From NCBI GenBank assembly GCA_013239625.1, contig MU053472.1:434001-498000 (forward strand): 64,000 nt of DNA, written 5' to 3'. This document shows, in pieces, positions 62,640-64,000 of the stretch (position 1 is its first letter; each line of letters begins with the position of its first letter). Position numbers and translations under genes: made by a program. The notes under the pieces are model-generated. The model ran no database searches and had not been told where the DNA came from. It worked only from the letters and a program-made list of their open reading frames with translations. This stretch comes from Lama guanicoe. Lineage: Eukaryota.

Positions 62640-63981
62640 GTAAGAAATTATTTCTGGTTTGTATCTTAAAGTGCACAAAAGCTCAGTAAGGTATTTGGGA
62701 CTATAACTCGAGGCTTAAGCTTGCTTTAAAATGTATCAGATATTTGACAAGAAATAGAATCCAAGTTGATGAATGGTGTTTTGTATCTCCTGGCTTAATT
62801 GATACACCTGTGATTTTATCTTGTCTTAGGAATGCAAATTTTGTACCAGGTGTATAGGTGCTAAATTGTGATGTAGATGATCTTGGGACTCAAGTTGGAG
62901 AAACTCTGAGAAAACTCATGTGGTTCTGTGGATTCAGATATGCTCTGGGTAGGCTAGAATCTTCTTCAGAGATGGACTTCTTAGATGGAATAGGCCTTTG
63001 AACCTACCTGGAAGGTGACTGGTATCACTAAGAAAAACCTAAAACCCACCTACTCAGCTGTTTGCCTGGCAGTGTTTTCTTGACGTTAACCCACAATCTA
63101 CCAATGATTTGTTTTGCCTGTTTAATACCATTCAACCTCTCATTTGCCCTTGTTGGAGAAAATGAGGTCAATAACCAACCTTTCTTCCAGGCATGCAGAA
63201 GGATAAATTTTTTCTAAAAATGATTTATTCTTGACAAATCCCTTAAAGAGTGCCATGTGAATTGTTATAGCTGATAATAATATGAGCTTGTGTAGTTTTT
63301 AGTACTCAAGCCCAGTGAGCAGACGTACACTAAAACCTCTTCCAAATGGGAACTACCATTGTCTTGAGTCTGAACAGATTTGAACCCTTATTACTCTGGC
63401 TCTCCAGGGGAATTGCAATATCCTCTCCAGACCTGCTGGGTCAAACAGTTTCAAATAAAAGGTTGAATTTGTTCTTGTTTGAATGGAGAGGCTATACCAT
63501 TCCCCTTGTGGCTGAGTACAGGGTCATTCAGGGAGTATGGAATCATGACTCTGCTGAGGCCAATAAAACCATCACTTCCATTTCCAAGGGCTCATAAAGA
63601 TTGAATTATTTCTCAGACCTCTGGCCCTGGAGCAGGCCTGAACACACAAATCGAAGGTATTTTGCCTGCTGAGTTTCTGTGAGAAGTCTGATGGGGTTTT
63701 TGTTTTTGTTTTTTTGTCTTGTGTATCTTTGCATTGTTTTTAAGTTGCAGCCTATTAGCTCTCTTGGCTTTTGCCAGCACCAGAACTCACGTGGCCAGGT
63801 CTTACAATAGCTAAATCCTGTTAACCCCAAGGACTGGTTGGGGTTTTATGGTATCTTTCTTTTTCCCACCTACCCTTAATTTTGGATAAATATGGGAGCA
63901 TTTTAGAGAAGGTATTAAGCAGAAAACTGACAGGAACAGAAACTCTGATAGCTGCTTTTAAGTCACTGTTATCTATTGCAG

Positions 63982-64000
63982 GTCTTTGTGTGGACTGGCA
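63982..64000 (+). CDS. ACACA: ACACA exon 11, first 19 nt (GLCVDW...), runs off the window
   Basis: Acceptor ctattgcag; phase 1 continues G|GT CTT TGT GTG GAC TGG. Confidence 0.9.

Overview
Mammalian genomic DNA, most likely camelid (seven tRNA-derived SINEs of the Vic-1 type; no Alu or ruminant Bov-tA/BovB recognised). It holds the 5' part of ACACA (acetyl-CoA carboxylase 1) on the + strand. Using the rat/ovine exon numbering, the window contains the CpG-island promoter PII with non-coding exon 2 (~5.4 kb), the 47-nt exon 4, exon 5 (ATG at 28123), the alternative promoter PIII with exon 5A (17-aa alternative N-terminus, ATG at 50202), exons 6-10 (AMPK site Ser80 and the start of the biotin carboxylase domain) and the first 19 nt of exon 11. 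All coding splice phases are consistent. The introns are dense in L1, HAL1, L2, MIR, LTR and DNA-transposon relics, several with clear target-site duplications (TSDs). I found no novel system that the sequence alone can prove. The best leads are: (i) repeat-poor intronic blocks with minus-strand splice signals and stop-interrupted frames that may be a decayed antisense nested gene (weak evidence); (ii) an inverted L1 pair bracketing exons 4-5; (iii) a nearly open in-frame leader upstream of the exon 5A ATG; (iv) several informative retrotransposition structures. Repeat family names come from recall of consensus sequences and need RepeatMasker/Dfam confirmation.
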